The notes beneath the pieces were generated by a model, which was given only the letters and a program-made list of their open reading frames with translations, ran no database searches and was not told the origin of the DNA. A stretch of 48,010 nt of DNA from Chiloscyllium plagiosum (taxonomy: Eukaryota): the NCBI RefSeq assembly GCF_004010195.1, contig NC_057719.1, positions 81,524,840 through 81,572,849 of the forward strand, in the 5' to 3' direction. The position numbers were made by a program, and so were the translations under genes. Shown piece by piece: positions 38,093 through 48,010 of the stretch (positions within the stretch are counted from its first letter, which is position 1; each line of letters begins with the position of its first letter).

Positions 38093-38486
38093 CATAACCT
38101 CCTTACTTTTCAATCCTATCCCTTCACTAAAACAAATGGTGCTTGGTTTGTATACATAGCCTCAATAGCCCAACATTTAGTGATTGTTGTGTGTGTACCC
38201 TGATCCCTGGGTCACTCTACCTCACCTAGACTTGCATTCTCCAAGTAATTAAGCGACCTCTCAATTCTTTCTGATGCAATGTACCACTACATATTTATCT
38301 GAGTTTGACTCCCACTTGAATTTCCTCACTGAGCTTCACTGATTCAAGAGCCTGTCTCAGCCTTGAATATATTCAATGACCCAGCTTCCACCATTCCTAA
38401 TGTAAAGTTTCATGCCATTAAGAGAGAAGAAATTCAGCGTCCACGCCATCTTACAAACAGGTGACCCGTATTCTCAAATTATGTTT

Positions 38487-38703
38487 GCTTATTTGGCTCG
38501 ATGGCTGGTTTGCGATGCAAGTGATGCCAACAGTGTGGTTTCAATTTCTGCACCGGCTGAAGTCTCTGTGAAGGTCTTGCCATCTCAACCTTGCCTCTTG
38601 CTGGATGCCTGGCCTTCCTCAGATTAAATCACCAAAAATTACCTCTCTCTCTCTCTCTCCGCTGAGAGAACAGTCTTCTTGGACTATGGTGACTTTGCAT
38701 TAC
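38487..38703 (+). mobile_element. tRNA-derived SINE with (CT)n tract
   Basis: Homolog of 9395-9620. Confidence 0.65.
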
Positions 38704-38709
38704 TTAAAG

Positions 38710-38895
38710 GTTTTACTTGAAGGGAAAAATACCCTCTCAGCATCTACCCTGTCAAATCCCTCAAAATCTTCTGTGTTTTAATAAGGTCACTTCTAATTCT
38801 TTTAAACACCAATGAGTATTTGTCTAACCTGCTCAATCTCTGTACATAAGGCAGTTCTTTCATCCCAGGAAACAATCTGGTGAACCTTCTGTTTA
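38710..38895 (-). mobile_element. CR1 ORF2 C-terminal fragment
   Basis: Minus ORF ...RRFTRLFPGMKELPYVQRLSRL..YSL..RIRSDLIK..KIL. Confidence 0.8.
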
Positions 38896-39128
38896 CATTA
38901 ACATTTTCTGTTGTGGTGGATGAAAGGGCATTGTAACTGGAGACTGAATGTTTCCCATTGTCTGTCTGTCCCAATGCTTCCTCACCTTTATCTTGTTCCT
39001 CTCGTTCATGCATCCCTGCATGCAATCCAACCTGGCAATGTTTCTGTGTGAACAGTGCTTTAATTGAAACTTGAGAAGTCTGACAAGGGAGAGATCTTAA
39101 TTTCTCCCATCATGTTTTTTTTTAACAG

Positions 39129-39222
39129 AACAAATCCTGGAAGAAGGCAAAATCAATAGTCCACGTCTCATCCTTCCCGTTCAAGAAACGATATTCATGG
39201 ATTCAATTGGCTGGTCATTCAG
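39129..39222 (+). CDS. Internal coding exon of an inositol-trisphosphate 3-kinase (ITPKA/B/C family); paralog unresolved
   Basis: Acceptor tgtttttttttaacAG and donor AG|GTAAGT flank 94 bp (phase 0 in, phase 1 out). It reads [31 protein letters not shown](G), matching the ITPK calmodulin-binding/start-of-kinase segment (W.K....V.....FKK.Y.W.QLAGH.G). No other ITPK exon seen in the window. Confidence 0.93.
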
Positions 39223-39319
39223 GTAAGTGATTTCGGAACCATTTAAATCCAGAAGTAATGTTAATTTGGAAAATGACATTTTTCTTACTGCTTCCTTCTT
39301 ATGTGATGTAATCAAAGAA

Positions 39320-39520
39320 AGAACCTTCCTTTATTCGGTGGTTTCACCACCTTGCGATATCCATAGCCAACATATTACTTCTGAAGTGTTGTAATGTCAG
39401 AGAACACAGCCATCAGTTTACGCACAGCAAGCGTGCACATTTAGCAATGTGATAATGACTGTATGATCTGTTACAGTGATTATGCTGGAGCATCAGTATT
39501 GGGTGGAAAACTGTACCAAA
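39320..39520 (-). mobile_element. Deu-domain SINE 3' fragment
   Basis: tacttctgaagtgttgtaatg...cgcacagcaag...agcaatgtgataatgac. Confidence 0.6.
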
Positions 39521-39539
39521 TGCCCCAGTTTTTAAAAAT

Positions 39540-41830
39540 GTATTCAGTATGGGATGTGAGTCTCACTAGCTGAGCCAGTATTTATAGCCCCATACCGAGT
39601 TGTTCCTGAGAAGGTATTAGTGAGCTGCTTTCTTGAGCAGCTGCAACTGCAGCCCATGTGCTGTAGGTTGGCCCACAATGCCATTGGGAAGGGAATTCCA
39701 GGAGTTTGACCCAGTGATTTTGAAGGAATGGGGATAGATTTCCAAGTCAGGATGGTGAGCAGCTTTGAGGGGAACTTGCAGATGGTGGCGTTCCCATGTA
39801 AGTGCTGCCTTTGTTCTCCTAGCTGGAAGTGGTCATGGGTTTGGTAGATGTTGTCTAAGGATCTTTGGTGAAGTTCTGCAGTGCATCTTGAGATGGTGTA
39901 TACAGTATACTGCTGCTACTGAGCATCAGTGGTGGAGGGAATGGATGTTTGCAGCTGTGGCTCCAAACAAGCAGACTGCTTTGTCCTGGATGGTGTCAAG
40001 CTTCTTGGGTGTTCTTGGAGCTGCACCCATCCAGGCAAGTGCAGACCATTCCATTACATTCCTGACTTATGTCTTGTAGATGATGGACAGGTTTTATGAA
40101 GTCAGGACGTGCGTTATTCGCTGCTATATTCCTAGCCTCCAACCTGCTCTTGTAGCCGCTGTATTTGTATGACCCATCTGGTTTCTGGTCAATGGCAATT
40201 CCTAGGATGTTGACAGTTGGGGATTCAGTGTTGGTAACAGCATTGGAGGTCAAGGGATGGTTGTTAGATTGCCTTTTATTAGAGATGGTTATTGCCTAGC
40301 ATTAGTGTGCCACTTATCAGTCCAAACCTGGATATTGTCCAGGTGTTGTTGTATTTGGATGTGGACTGTTTCAGTATCTGAGGAGTTGTGGACAGTGCTG
40401 CACATTATGCAATCATCGGTGATCAACCCCACTTTAAACCTGATGGTGGAGGGAAACTCATTGATGAAGCAGCAGAAGATGGTTGGGTCTCGGACACTAT
40501 CCTGAGGGACTCCTGCAGAGATATCCTGGAGCTGAGATGACTGACCTCAAACAACCACAACCATCTTCCAATGTGTCAGGAATGACTCTAACCAGTGGAG
40601 AGTTTCCTCTGATTCCCACGATCTTCAGTTTTGCTCAGGCCCCCTGGTACCACAAACACAGCCTTTATGTCAGACATTGGTTACTGTCACGTCACATTCT
40701 GCTCTTTTCTCAAAGCTGGGAGTCACTGAGCAGGTTATTGCTGAGCAGGTGCTGCATGATAGCACTGTTGATGACACCTTCTATCACTTTACTGATGTGT
40801 GAGAGTAGACTGATGGGGTGGTAATTGGCGAGGTTAGATTTGTCCTGCTTTGAGTGTAAAGGACACACCCAGGCAATTTTCCACATTGTTGGGTAGATGC
40901 CAGTGTTGTAACTGTACTGGAAAAACTTTGCTATGGGAGTAGCAATCTCCAGAGCACAAGTCTTCAGTACTATTGCTAGAATGTTGAGTGAGCCTTTGTG
41001 GTACCCAGTGTCTCCAGCCATTACTGGGTATCACGTGGAGTGAATCAGGTTGGCTGAAGATTGGTATCTGTGATGCTGCAGACCTCTGGCCGAATCCAAG
41101 ATGGATCGTCCACTCGGTACTTATGATTAAGATTGTTGCAAGTACTTCCACCTTATCTTTTGCACTGAGGTGTTGGGTACTTCCGTCAGTGATATAGGGT
41201 TATTTGTGGAGCTTCCTCCCCCAGTGAGTTGTTTAATTGTTGGCCATCATTCATAACAGGTGGCAGGACTGCAGAGTTTAGGTCTAATCTGTTGGGTTGT
41301 GGGATTGCTTACCTCTGTCTATCACTTGCTGCTTATGTTGTTTGGCATGCAAGGAGTAGTCGGTACCTTCACCAGGTTGACACCTCATTTATAGGTATGC
41401 CTGGGTGCTGCTCCTGGCATGTTCTCCTCCACTCTCAGTTGAACCAGGTTTGATCCCCCCTGGCTTAATGGTAATGGTTGAGTGGCAGATCCATGAGATT
41501 GCTGATTACGCTGGAGTACAACCCTGCTGCTGCTAACGGCCCACAGCACCTCATGGATGCCCACTCTTGAGTTGGTAAATTTGTTCAAAGTCTGTCTGAT
41601 TTAGCATGGTGATAACGACACACGACACGATGGAAGGTATTCTCACTGTGAAGGTGGGATTTCATCTCCACAAGGACTGTGCGGTGGTCCCTCTCACTGA
41701 TATGGTCATGGACAGATGCATCTGCAGCTGGCAGATTGGTAAGGAAGAGGTCAAGTATGTTCTTTCCTCTCGTTGGTTCCCTCACCACCTGCTGCCGAAA
41801 CAGTCAAGCAACTTTAGGATCTGAGCAGCT
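39540..41830 (-). mobile_element. LINE family 2, longest copy (endonuclease C-half, RT, 3' end), decayed
   Basis: Minus ORFs VREPTRGKNILDLFLTN...DHRTV (41585-41788) and LKTCALE...WKIAWVCPLHSKQDKSNLANYHPISLL (40710-41021). Confidence 0.88.
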
Positions 41831-42149
41831 TAATCAGTAGGACTTTTGGCTAAGGATATTGAAGCAAATAACATAACCTCGTTGTAAGTACTGTTCATAT
41901 AGCTGTTTGTTCCAGCAGTGGTTTGCAGTCGAGCTGAAGCCAAGGGTGTGTACAAATGAAGCTTTGTCCGCCAACAAGTAGCTGATTGACAATTGATCAC
42001 CACTCCATGGACCAATGACAAACACCTTCTGAATGCCAACAGCAATGTGATTGGGTCCCAGGAAGCTGAACAGCTTGTGGGTGTGAATGTTGAGAGTAGC
42101 CATTGATTCCCCGCAAGGGCAGGAACTGTCTCTATTCTCTGCCATAAAA

Positions 42150-42239
42150 AATAAATATCTTAATCCCGAAGAAATCGGGCCGGACAGGAACAACTAAAGG
42201 GCCAGATATGGCCCGCGGGCCGTAAAATGCCCAGGTCTG
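42150..42239 (-). mobile_element. One end of a hAT (Charlie-like) DNA transposon
   Basis: Minus strand (TAGAG)CAGACCTGGGCATTTTACGGCCCGCGGGCC, a typical hAT-Charlie terminus with subterminal GGCCCGCGGGCC palindrome. Opposite end not found. Confidence 0.65.
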
Positions 42240-42395
42240 CTCTAACCCCTTCCCATTCATCTCCCCATCCAGATGCCTTTTAAATGTTGCAATTATACCA
42301 GCATCCACCACTTTCTCTGGCAGCTCGTTCCATACGTGCACCATCCTCTGCATGAAAAAGTTGCCCCTTAGATCCCTTTCAAATCTTTCTCCTCT
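42240..42395 (-). mobile_element. Young CR1 3' fragment
   Basis: Minus ORF QRMVHVWNELPEKVVDAGIIATFKRHLDG. Confidence 0.85.
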
Positions 42396-43004
42396 TGGAC
42401 TGCCAGAGAACCGCCAGAGCTAAGCAGTTTCAAACTTAATATACGGCATCCAAAACCTCCCATAAAATCACATTGTGCTGGCACTTTAGGCTTCAAAATA
42501 CCCAGTTTGTGTGTGCAGGCAGATTTCCATCTTGTATAATGTCAGGCAAAAGTGGTTGTGGATCTCAGTGTGAGTACAGGGTACTCTATGGTCAGTCTTG
42601 CTACTTCCTGTTTTCTGTGATGTCTGTGGGCAGTTATCTTGCAAAGTTAGGAGGACAGACTGTCTACACGTTCAAATGTCAAGTCAGTTTATTTCAGGAA
42701 ATGACATTCAAAAATAAAGCACAACACTAAACCACCCCCACCATAACTTGTTGTCCAATGTTTTGACAAAGATCCTGGATTTAATACTCCCTTGCGTGGG
42801 GTATCAATATAAGGTCAGTTATTTAAGGCCGCTGATCAGGCCAGGCTGGATTTTATACCTATTGCATTCCGCACTCTTTCCCACTCCCAACCTCCCTCAA
42901 AAGATGAACTTTGACAGGGCTGGGAGGGGGCATGGATGAGTTACTTTTCCACTCTTCCAATTCTGCACAGAGCCTCTCTCCTGTTAGCAACCATCTTAGA
43001 CGGT

Positions 43005-43265
43005 TTCATGTCCCACCACAGTGGCTGCTGGAATTTAAATTTGAGTGGTAAATCTGGAGCATTGTGTTAGTCTTCACAATGGTGACCACAAAATTATTTT
43101 TATTGATTTAACATAAAAACCCATCTGGCTCACTAATGTCCTTTAGGGAAGAAAATCTGCCATTCCTTTTGTGGTCTAGCCTACACGTGACTCCAGACTC
43201 AACAATATAGTTGAATCTTAACTGGTCTCTGAAATGGTCAAGCAAGGACTACTCAATTCAAGGTA
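43005..43265 (+). mobile_element. SINE (LINE-family-2 partner)
   Basis: aaaacccatctggctcactaatgtcctttagggaagaaaatctgcc...gtgactccagac. Confidence 0.7.
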
Positions 43266-43271
43266 GCTAGT

Positions 43272-43392
43272 TATCTGTCAAAGGAGTAGCATTCCAAAAG
43301 CTTGTACTTCCAAATAAACCTGTTGGACGATAACCTGATGTTGTGTGTTTTTTAACTTTGTCCACCCCAGTCCAACACCAGCACCTCCACAC
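43272..43392 (+). mobile_element. Short PLE terminal insert (further family), decayed hammerhead
   Basis: CTGtcaA-A-GGAG-TAGCA-TTCC-aAAAGCTT followed by ccaaataaacctgttggac.ataacctg.tgttgtg...cagtccaacacc. Confidence 0.6.
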
Positions 43393-43529
43393 TAATATGG
43401 GGAGGTTATGACAAATGAAAATGGTGACCATTAGGTCAATGGTCAGTTGAGGAGAGACCAGGATGTTTGGACAATGTTCATTGGGAAGTGAGCATGGAAG
43501 CTTTCTTGAAGTGTTTTTCAAGAGCTGAG

Positions 43530-44501
43530 TATATTGCAGGATGTTTTCACAGATGTAGCTGGGGATTTCATTTGCGATATTGTGGTTCTAGAATACATTA
43601 AGATTAATAAGGAAGGGCTATTAGATGTTTTAGAGAGTATGCAGGTACATAAATTGCCAGAGTCTGATGAGATGTATCCCAGACTGCAAAGGGAGGACAC
43701 TGCTGGGTCCTTGGCAGATATTTAATACTTCGCTGGCCACTGGTGACATAGCAGATGACTGGACGATAGCTAATACAGTTCTTTTCTTCAAAAAGGGCAA
43801 CAGGGATAGGCCAGATAATTGTAGACCAGTTAGTCTGACATCTGTGGTTGGGAACTTATTGGAAATAGATCTGCGGTATCTCATTAATCAATACTTAAGA
43901 GGAAGGGATTGATCAAAGTTAGTCAGCATGGATTTGTTAAAGGAATTGTCTGACTAATTTAATTGAGTTTTTGAAAAGGTGACGAAATATATTGATGAGG
44001 ATAGTGCAGTTAGTATGGTTTGCATGGGCTTCAGTAAGGCCATCGACAAGATCCCATATAAAAGGCTAGTCCAAAAGGTAAGAGCCCATGTGATCCAAGA
44101 CAAGTTGGCAAACTATAAGTCTATTACAAATACGAGACAAAAAATGAAGGTGGAGGGCTGTTTATTTAATTGGAAGCCTGTGACCAGTGATGTATCACAG
44201 GGATCGGTGCTGGGACCCTTGCTGTTTGTTATTTACAACAACAACTTGGATGTGAACGTAGCGGGTTTAATTAGTAAGTTTGCAGATGACATAAAAATTG
44301 GTGTTGTGGTTGATGGTAAGGAGGATGGTCTCAGGTTACAATCTGATATTGATCAGCTGCTAAATTGGGCAGAGCAATGGCAGATGGAATTTAATCCTGA
44401 TAAGTCCAAGGTGATGCATTTTGGGAGGTCTAATGACATCTAATGCACAATGAATGATATGTCCCTCGGACTGAAGAACGAAAAGACTTTGGTGTACAAG
44501 T
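43530..44501 (+). mobile_element. Old CR1 RT fragment, interrupted at 44501
   Basis: ORF 43979-44443 [15 protein letters not shown]...ISKFADDIKIG...WQMEFNPDK. Confidence 0.92.
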
Positions 44502-46818
44502 CGTAGAGATATACAGCACAGAAACAGACCCTTCAGTCCAACTCATCCATGCTGACCAGATATCCTAACCTAATATACTCCCATTTGCCGGCACTTGGTC
44601 CATATCCCTCTAAACCCTTCCTTTCCATATACCCATCCAAATGCCTTTTAAATGGTGTAATTGTACCAGTGTCCTCCACTTCCTCTGGCAGCTCATTCCA
44701 TACATGCACCACCCTCTGCATGAAAAAGTTACCCTTTAGGTCCCTTTTATATCTTTCCCCTCTCATCCTAAATCTATGCCCTCTAGTTCTGGACTTGCCC
44801 CACCCCGGGAAAAAACCTTGTTTTTTTATCCTATCCATGTCCGCATGATTTTATAAAGCTCTATAAGGTCACCCCTCAGCCTCCAACTCTCCAGGGATAA
44901 CAGCCCCAGCCTATTCAGCCTCTCCCTGTAGCTCAAATCCTCCGACACTTGTAAACCTTTTCTGAACCCTTTCAGGTTTCACAGTATCTTTCCAATTGGA
45001 AGGAGACCAGATTTTGCATGCAATATTCCAACAGTGGCCTAACCAATGTCCTGTACAGTCACAACTTGACCTCCCAACTCCTATACTCAATACTCTGACC
45101 AATAAAGGAAAGCATACCAAATGCTTTCTTCACTATCCTATTTACCTGTGACTCTACTTTCAAGGAATGATGAACCTGCACTCCAAGTGCTCAGCCACAC
45201 TCCCGAGGACCTTACCATAAGTCCTGCTCTGATTTGCTTTTTCAAAATGCAGCACCTCGCATTTATCTGAATTAAACTCCATCTGCCACTTCTCAGCCCA
45301 TTGGCCCATCTGGTCAAGATCCCTTTGTAATCTGAAGTTACCTTCTTCATTGTCCACTACACCTCTAATTTTGGTGTCATCTCCAAACTTACGAACTATA
45401 CCTCTGATGTTCAATCCAAATCATTTATATAAATGACGAAAAGTAGAGGACCCAGTACCAATCCTTTTGGCACACCACTGCTCACAGGCCTCCATCTGAA
45501 AAGCAACACTCCACCACTACACTCTGTCTTCTACCTTCAAGCCAGTTCTGTATCCAAATGGCTAGTTCTCCCTGTATTCCATGAGATCTAACCTTGCTAA
45601 CCAGTCTCCCATGAGGGATCTTGTCGAGTGCCTTACTGAAGTCCATATAGATCAGATCTACCGCTCTGCCCTCATCAATCCTCTTTGTTACTTCTTTAAA
45701 AAACTCAATCAAGTTTGTGAGACATGATTTCCCATGCACAAAGCCATGTTGACTATCCCTAATCAGTCCTTGTCTTTCCAAATACATGTACTTCCCGTTC
45801 CTCAGGATTCCCTCCAACAACTTGCCCACCACCGACATCAGGCTCATTGGTCTATAGTTCCCTGGCTTTTCCTGACCACCTTTCTTAAACAGTGGCACCA
45901 TGTTAGCCAACCTCCAGTCTTCCGGCACCTCACCTGTGACTATCGATGATACAAATATCTCAGCAAGGTGCTCAGCAATCACCTCCCTACCTTCCCACAG
46001 AGTTCTAGGGTACACCTGATCAGGTCAATTACACCATTTAAAAGGCATTTGGATGGGTATATGGATAGGAAGGGTTTAGAGGGATATGGACCAAGTGCCG
46101 GCAAATGGGAGTATATTAGGTTAGGATATCTGGTCAGCATGGATGAGTTGGACTGAAGGGTCTGTTTCTGTGCTGTATACCTCTACAACTTGTACACCAA
46201 AGTCTTTTCGTTCTTCAGTCCGAGGGACATATCTTCTACGCATTCCAAGACATCCAGCACTTCCTCCTCTGTAATCTGGACATTTTTCAAGATGTCACCA
46301 TCTATTTCCCCACATTCTATACCTTCCATGTCCTTCTCCAAAGTAAATACTGATGTGAAATACTCGTTTAGTATCTCCCCCACCTACTGGAGTTTCATAC
46401 ATGGGCTGCCTTGCTGATCTTTGAGGGGTCCTATTCACTCCCTTGTTACCCTTTTGTCCTTTAATATATTTGTAAAAGCCCTTTGGATTCTCCTTAACGC
46501 TATTTGCCAAAGCTATCTCATGTCCCTGTTTTGTCCTCCTGATTTCCCTCTTCAGTATATTCCTACTTTCTTTATACTCTTCTAAGGATTCACTCGATCT
46601 ATCCTGTCTATACCTGACATATGTTTCCTTCTTTTTCTTAAACAAAACCTCAATTTCTCTCGTCATCCAGCATTCCCTATACCTACCAGCCTTCCCTTTC
46701 ACCCTAACAAGAATATACTTTCTCTGGATTCTCATTATCTCATTTTTGAAAGCTCCCATTTTCCAGCCGTCCCTCTACCTGCGAACATCTGCCTCCAATC
46801 AGCTTTTGAAAGTTCTTC
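44502..46818 (-). mobile_element. Young CR1 (HER1-like) LINE, interrupted by an inverted copy (46026-46233) and by the PLE at 46820
   Basis: Minus ORFs 45482-46015 (NYRP.SL.SVVGK, YMDFSKALDKIPH) and 46295-46759; colinear with 29921-31820. Confidence 0.95.
46026..46233. repeat. 208-bp inverted duplicate of 44456-44663
   Basis: Direct comparison gives a reverse complement with 3 substitutions. Includes 46 bp of the flanking old CR1. Confidence 0.93.
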
Positions 46819-46918
46819 GAGGAGAAAGTGAGGACTGCAGATGCTGGAGACCAGAGTTGAAAAATGTGGTGCTGGAAAAACACAGCAGGCCAGGCAGCAT
46901 CCGAGGAGCAGGAGAATC

Positions 46919-46946
46919 GACGTTTCGGGCATAAGCCCTTCTTCAG
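46919..46946 (-). ncRNA. Minimal (helix-III-less) hammerhead ribozyme motif
   Basis: CUGAAGA-A-GGGC-UUAU-GCCC-GAAAC-GUC with palindromic ACGU in place of helix III. Helix I pairing is weak. Confidence 0.65.
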
Positions 46947-47077
46947 GAATGAGGCTAGTGTGCCAAACGGGCTGCTGTGCTTTTCCAGCACCACATTTTT
47001 CAACTCTGGTCTCCAGCATCTGCAGTCCTCACTTTCTCCTAGTTGATCTTAACTTTACTGCGAATCCTCTTTCAAGG

Positions 47078-47950
47078 ATGCCTACCTTGAAGAAGCTCTC
47101 CTCCTCCCTCTACAAGGATCTCAGTGAGTCCCTCTCTCACTGCACCCCCCAGGTCATCTCCTCTGCCCTGAAGCTCTTCAGCCACGTCCTGAAACAGACT
47201 CGCTACCACAGCCGCATCTCTTTCCTCAGCACCTGCCTACGGAACCGACTGACCCCGCACGGACTCCCGACTACATTCAGACCGACACAATTTGGACCCA
47301 ACTAGGACAACTAGTACCTGCAACAAATCCGAAGCCTTCAGCAACAGACCTCCCTCCGGATCCTCCGCTCCACGCTTGCAGCCATGCGCTGCTACCTACA
47401 CTCCCTACAGTCAGCCCTGCCCCAGCTCAGGACAACACCCTCCCAGACATGCAAAGGACCTTTGCTGTTCTTCATCCTCAGAAGAATTCATACACTGAAC
47501 AAACGTTTTTTCTGAGCCATATCGAACATCAAAGAAAGTAAGTACAAAAAACTTTCATGTACTCACCCTCACACTCCGGATTCCTCGACCGTTCCTGAAC
47601 CTTCTTACGACCTCCAGAACCGCTTGGGTTCCATTGCCCACGCAGCCGCTGCAGCCACCATTGCCGCGGCGAACGGTGACGTCACTTCCGCCCCCACCGC
47701 TGCACGGACAACAGCCACCACCGACCATGCAGCCTCCGCTATCGCCGCCCAGACAACCGCCTCCACGATCGCCAGGAAGACCATTGCCGACAGATACGCG
47801 GCCGCCGCGGGAATCACGGCTACCGGGACCAGCGCTGTTTCTGCCCGGCGCGCCACTTTCGCCCCCGGAGCTGCTGCTGTTGCTGCAGCCGCTTCCGCCC
47901 CCAGTGACATCACTCACCTGCTCAAGCACGCTTCTGCGCCCCCACGTTGA
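47078..47950 (+). pseudogene. Disrupted N-terminal part of the PLE ORF
   Basis: One frame: MPTLKK...HSRISFLSTCLRNRLTPHGL (PLE N-terminal FL..C....L.P.G motif), then K..KYKKL, then an Ala/Thr-rich linker. In-frame stops at 47303, 47312, ~47513 and 47948. RT and GIY-YIG domains lie outside the window. Confidence 0.72.
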
Positions 47951-48010
47951 TCTCCGCCCCCACAACCAACTCCACCCCCATGACTAACTCCGCCCCCACA
48001 ACCTACTCTG

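Larger units (their letters stand above)
46820..48010 (+). mobile_element. Penelope-like element, 5' part (inverted terminal segment plus ORF start); runs off the window
   Basis: 69-bp inverted arms 46820-46888 and 46972-47040 (1 mismatch); hammerhead motif on minus strand 46919-46946; ORF from ATG 47078. Confidence 0.85.

Noticed and set aside
47555..47987. Gly/Pro/Ala-rich ORFs as host genes
   Set aside because: They are alternative frames of the GC-rich PLE linker. Only the frame continuous with ATG 47078 is meaningful.

Overview
Eukaryotic vertebrate genomic DNA, almost certainly from a shark or other elasmobranch (HE1-type V-SINEs, HER1/CR1 LINEs, Deu-domain SINEs). The window is mostly intronic and dominated by transposable elements. 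The only host exon I can support is a 94-bp internal exon (39129-39222, +) of an inositol-trisphosphate 3-kinase (ITPK) gene, which the ORF track misses. The rest is nested, mostly dead retroelements: young and old CR1 LINEs, a second CR1/L2-clade LINE, L2, Rex1, RTE, several SINE families, a solo LTR and one hAT end. It also holds about ten Penelope-like element (PLE) termini plus the 5' part of a PLE at the right edge. Most notable observations: (1) several variants of a minimal hammerhead ribozyme with covarying helices in the PLE termini, whose insertion boundaries cluster at the ribozyme; (2) a 208-bp inverted copy of a LINE insertion junction; (3) an exact ETS-CRE composite promoter motif inside the PLE ORF; (4) the mosaic ITPKA/ITPKB character of the exon. 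Family names come from recalled consensus motifs, not database searches, and boundaries of old repeats are approximate. Assembly gaps: 17176-17365, 30408-30772, 32583-32585.
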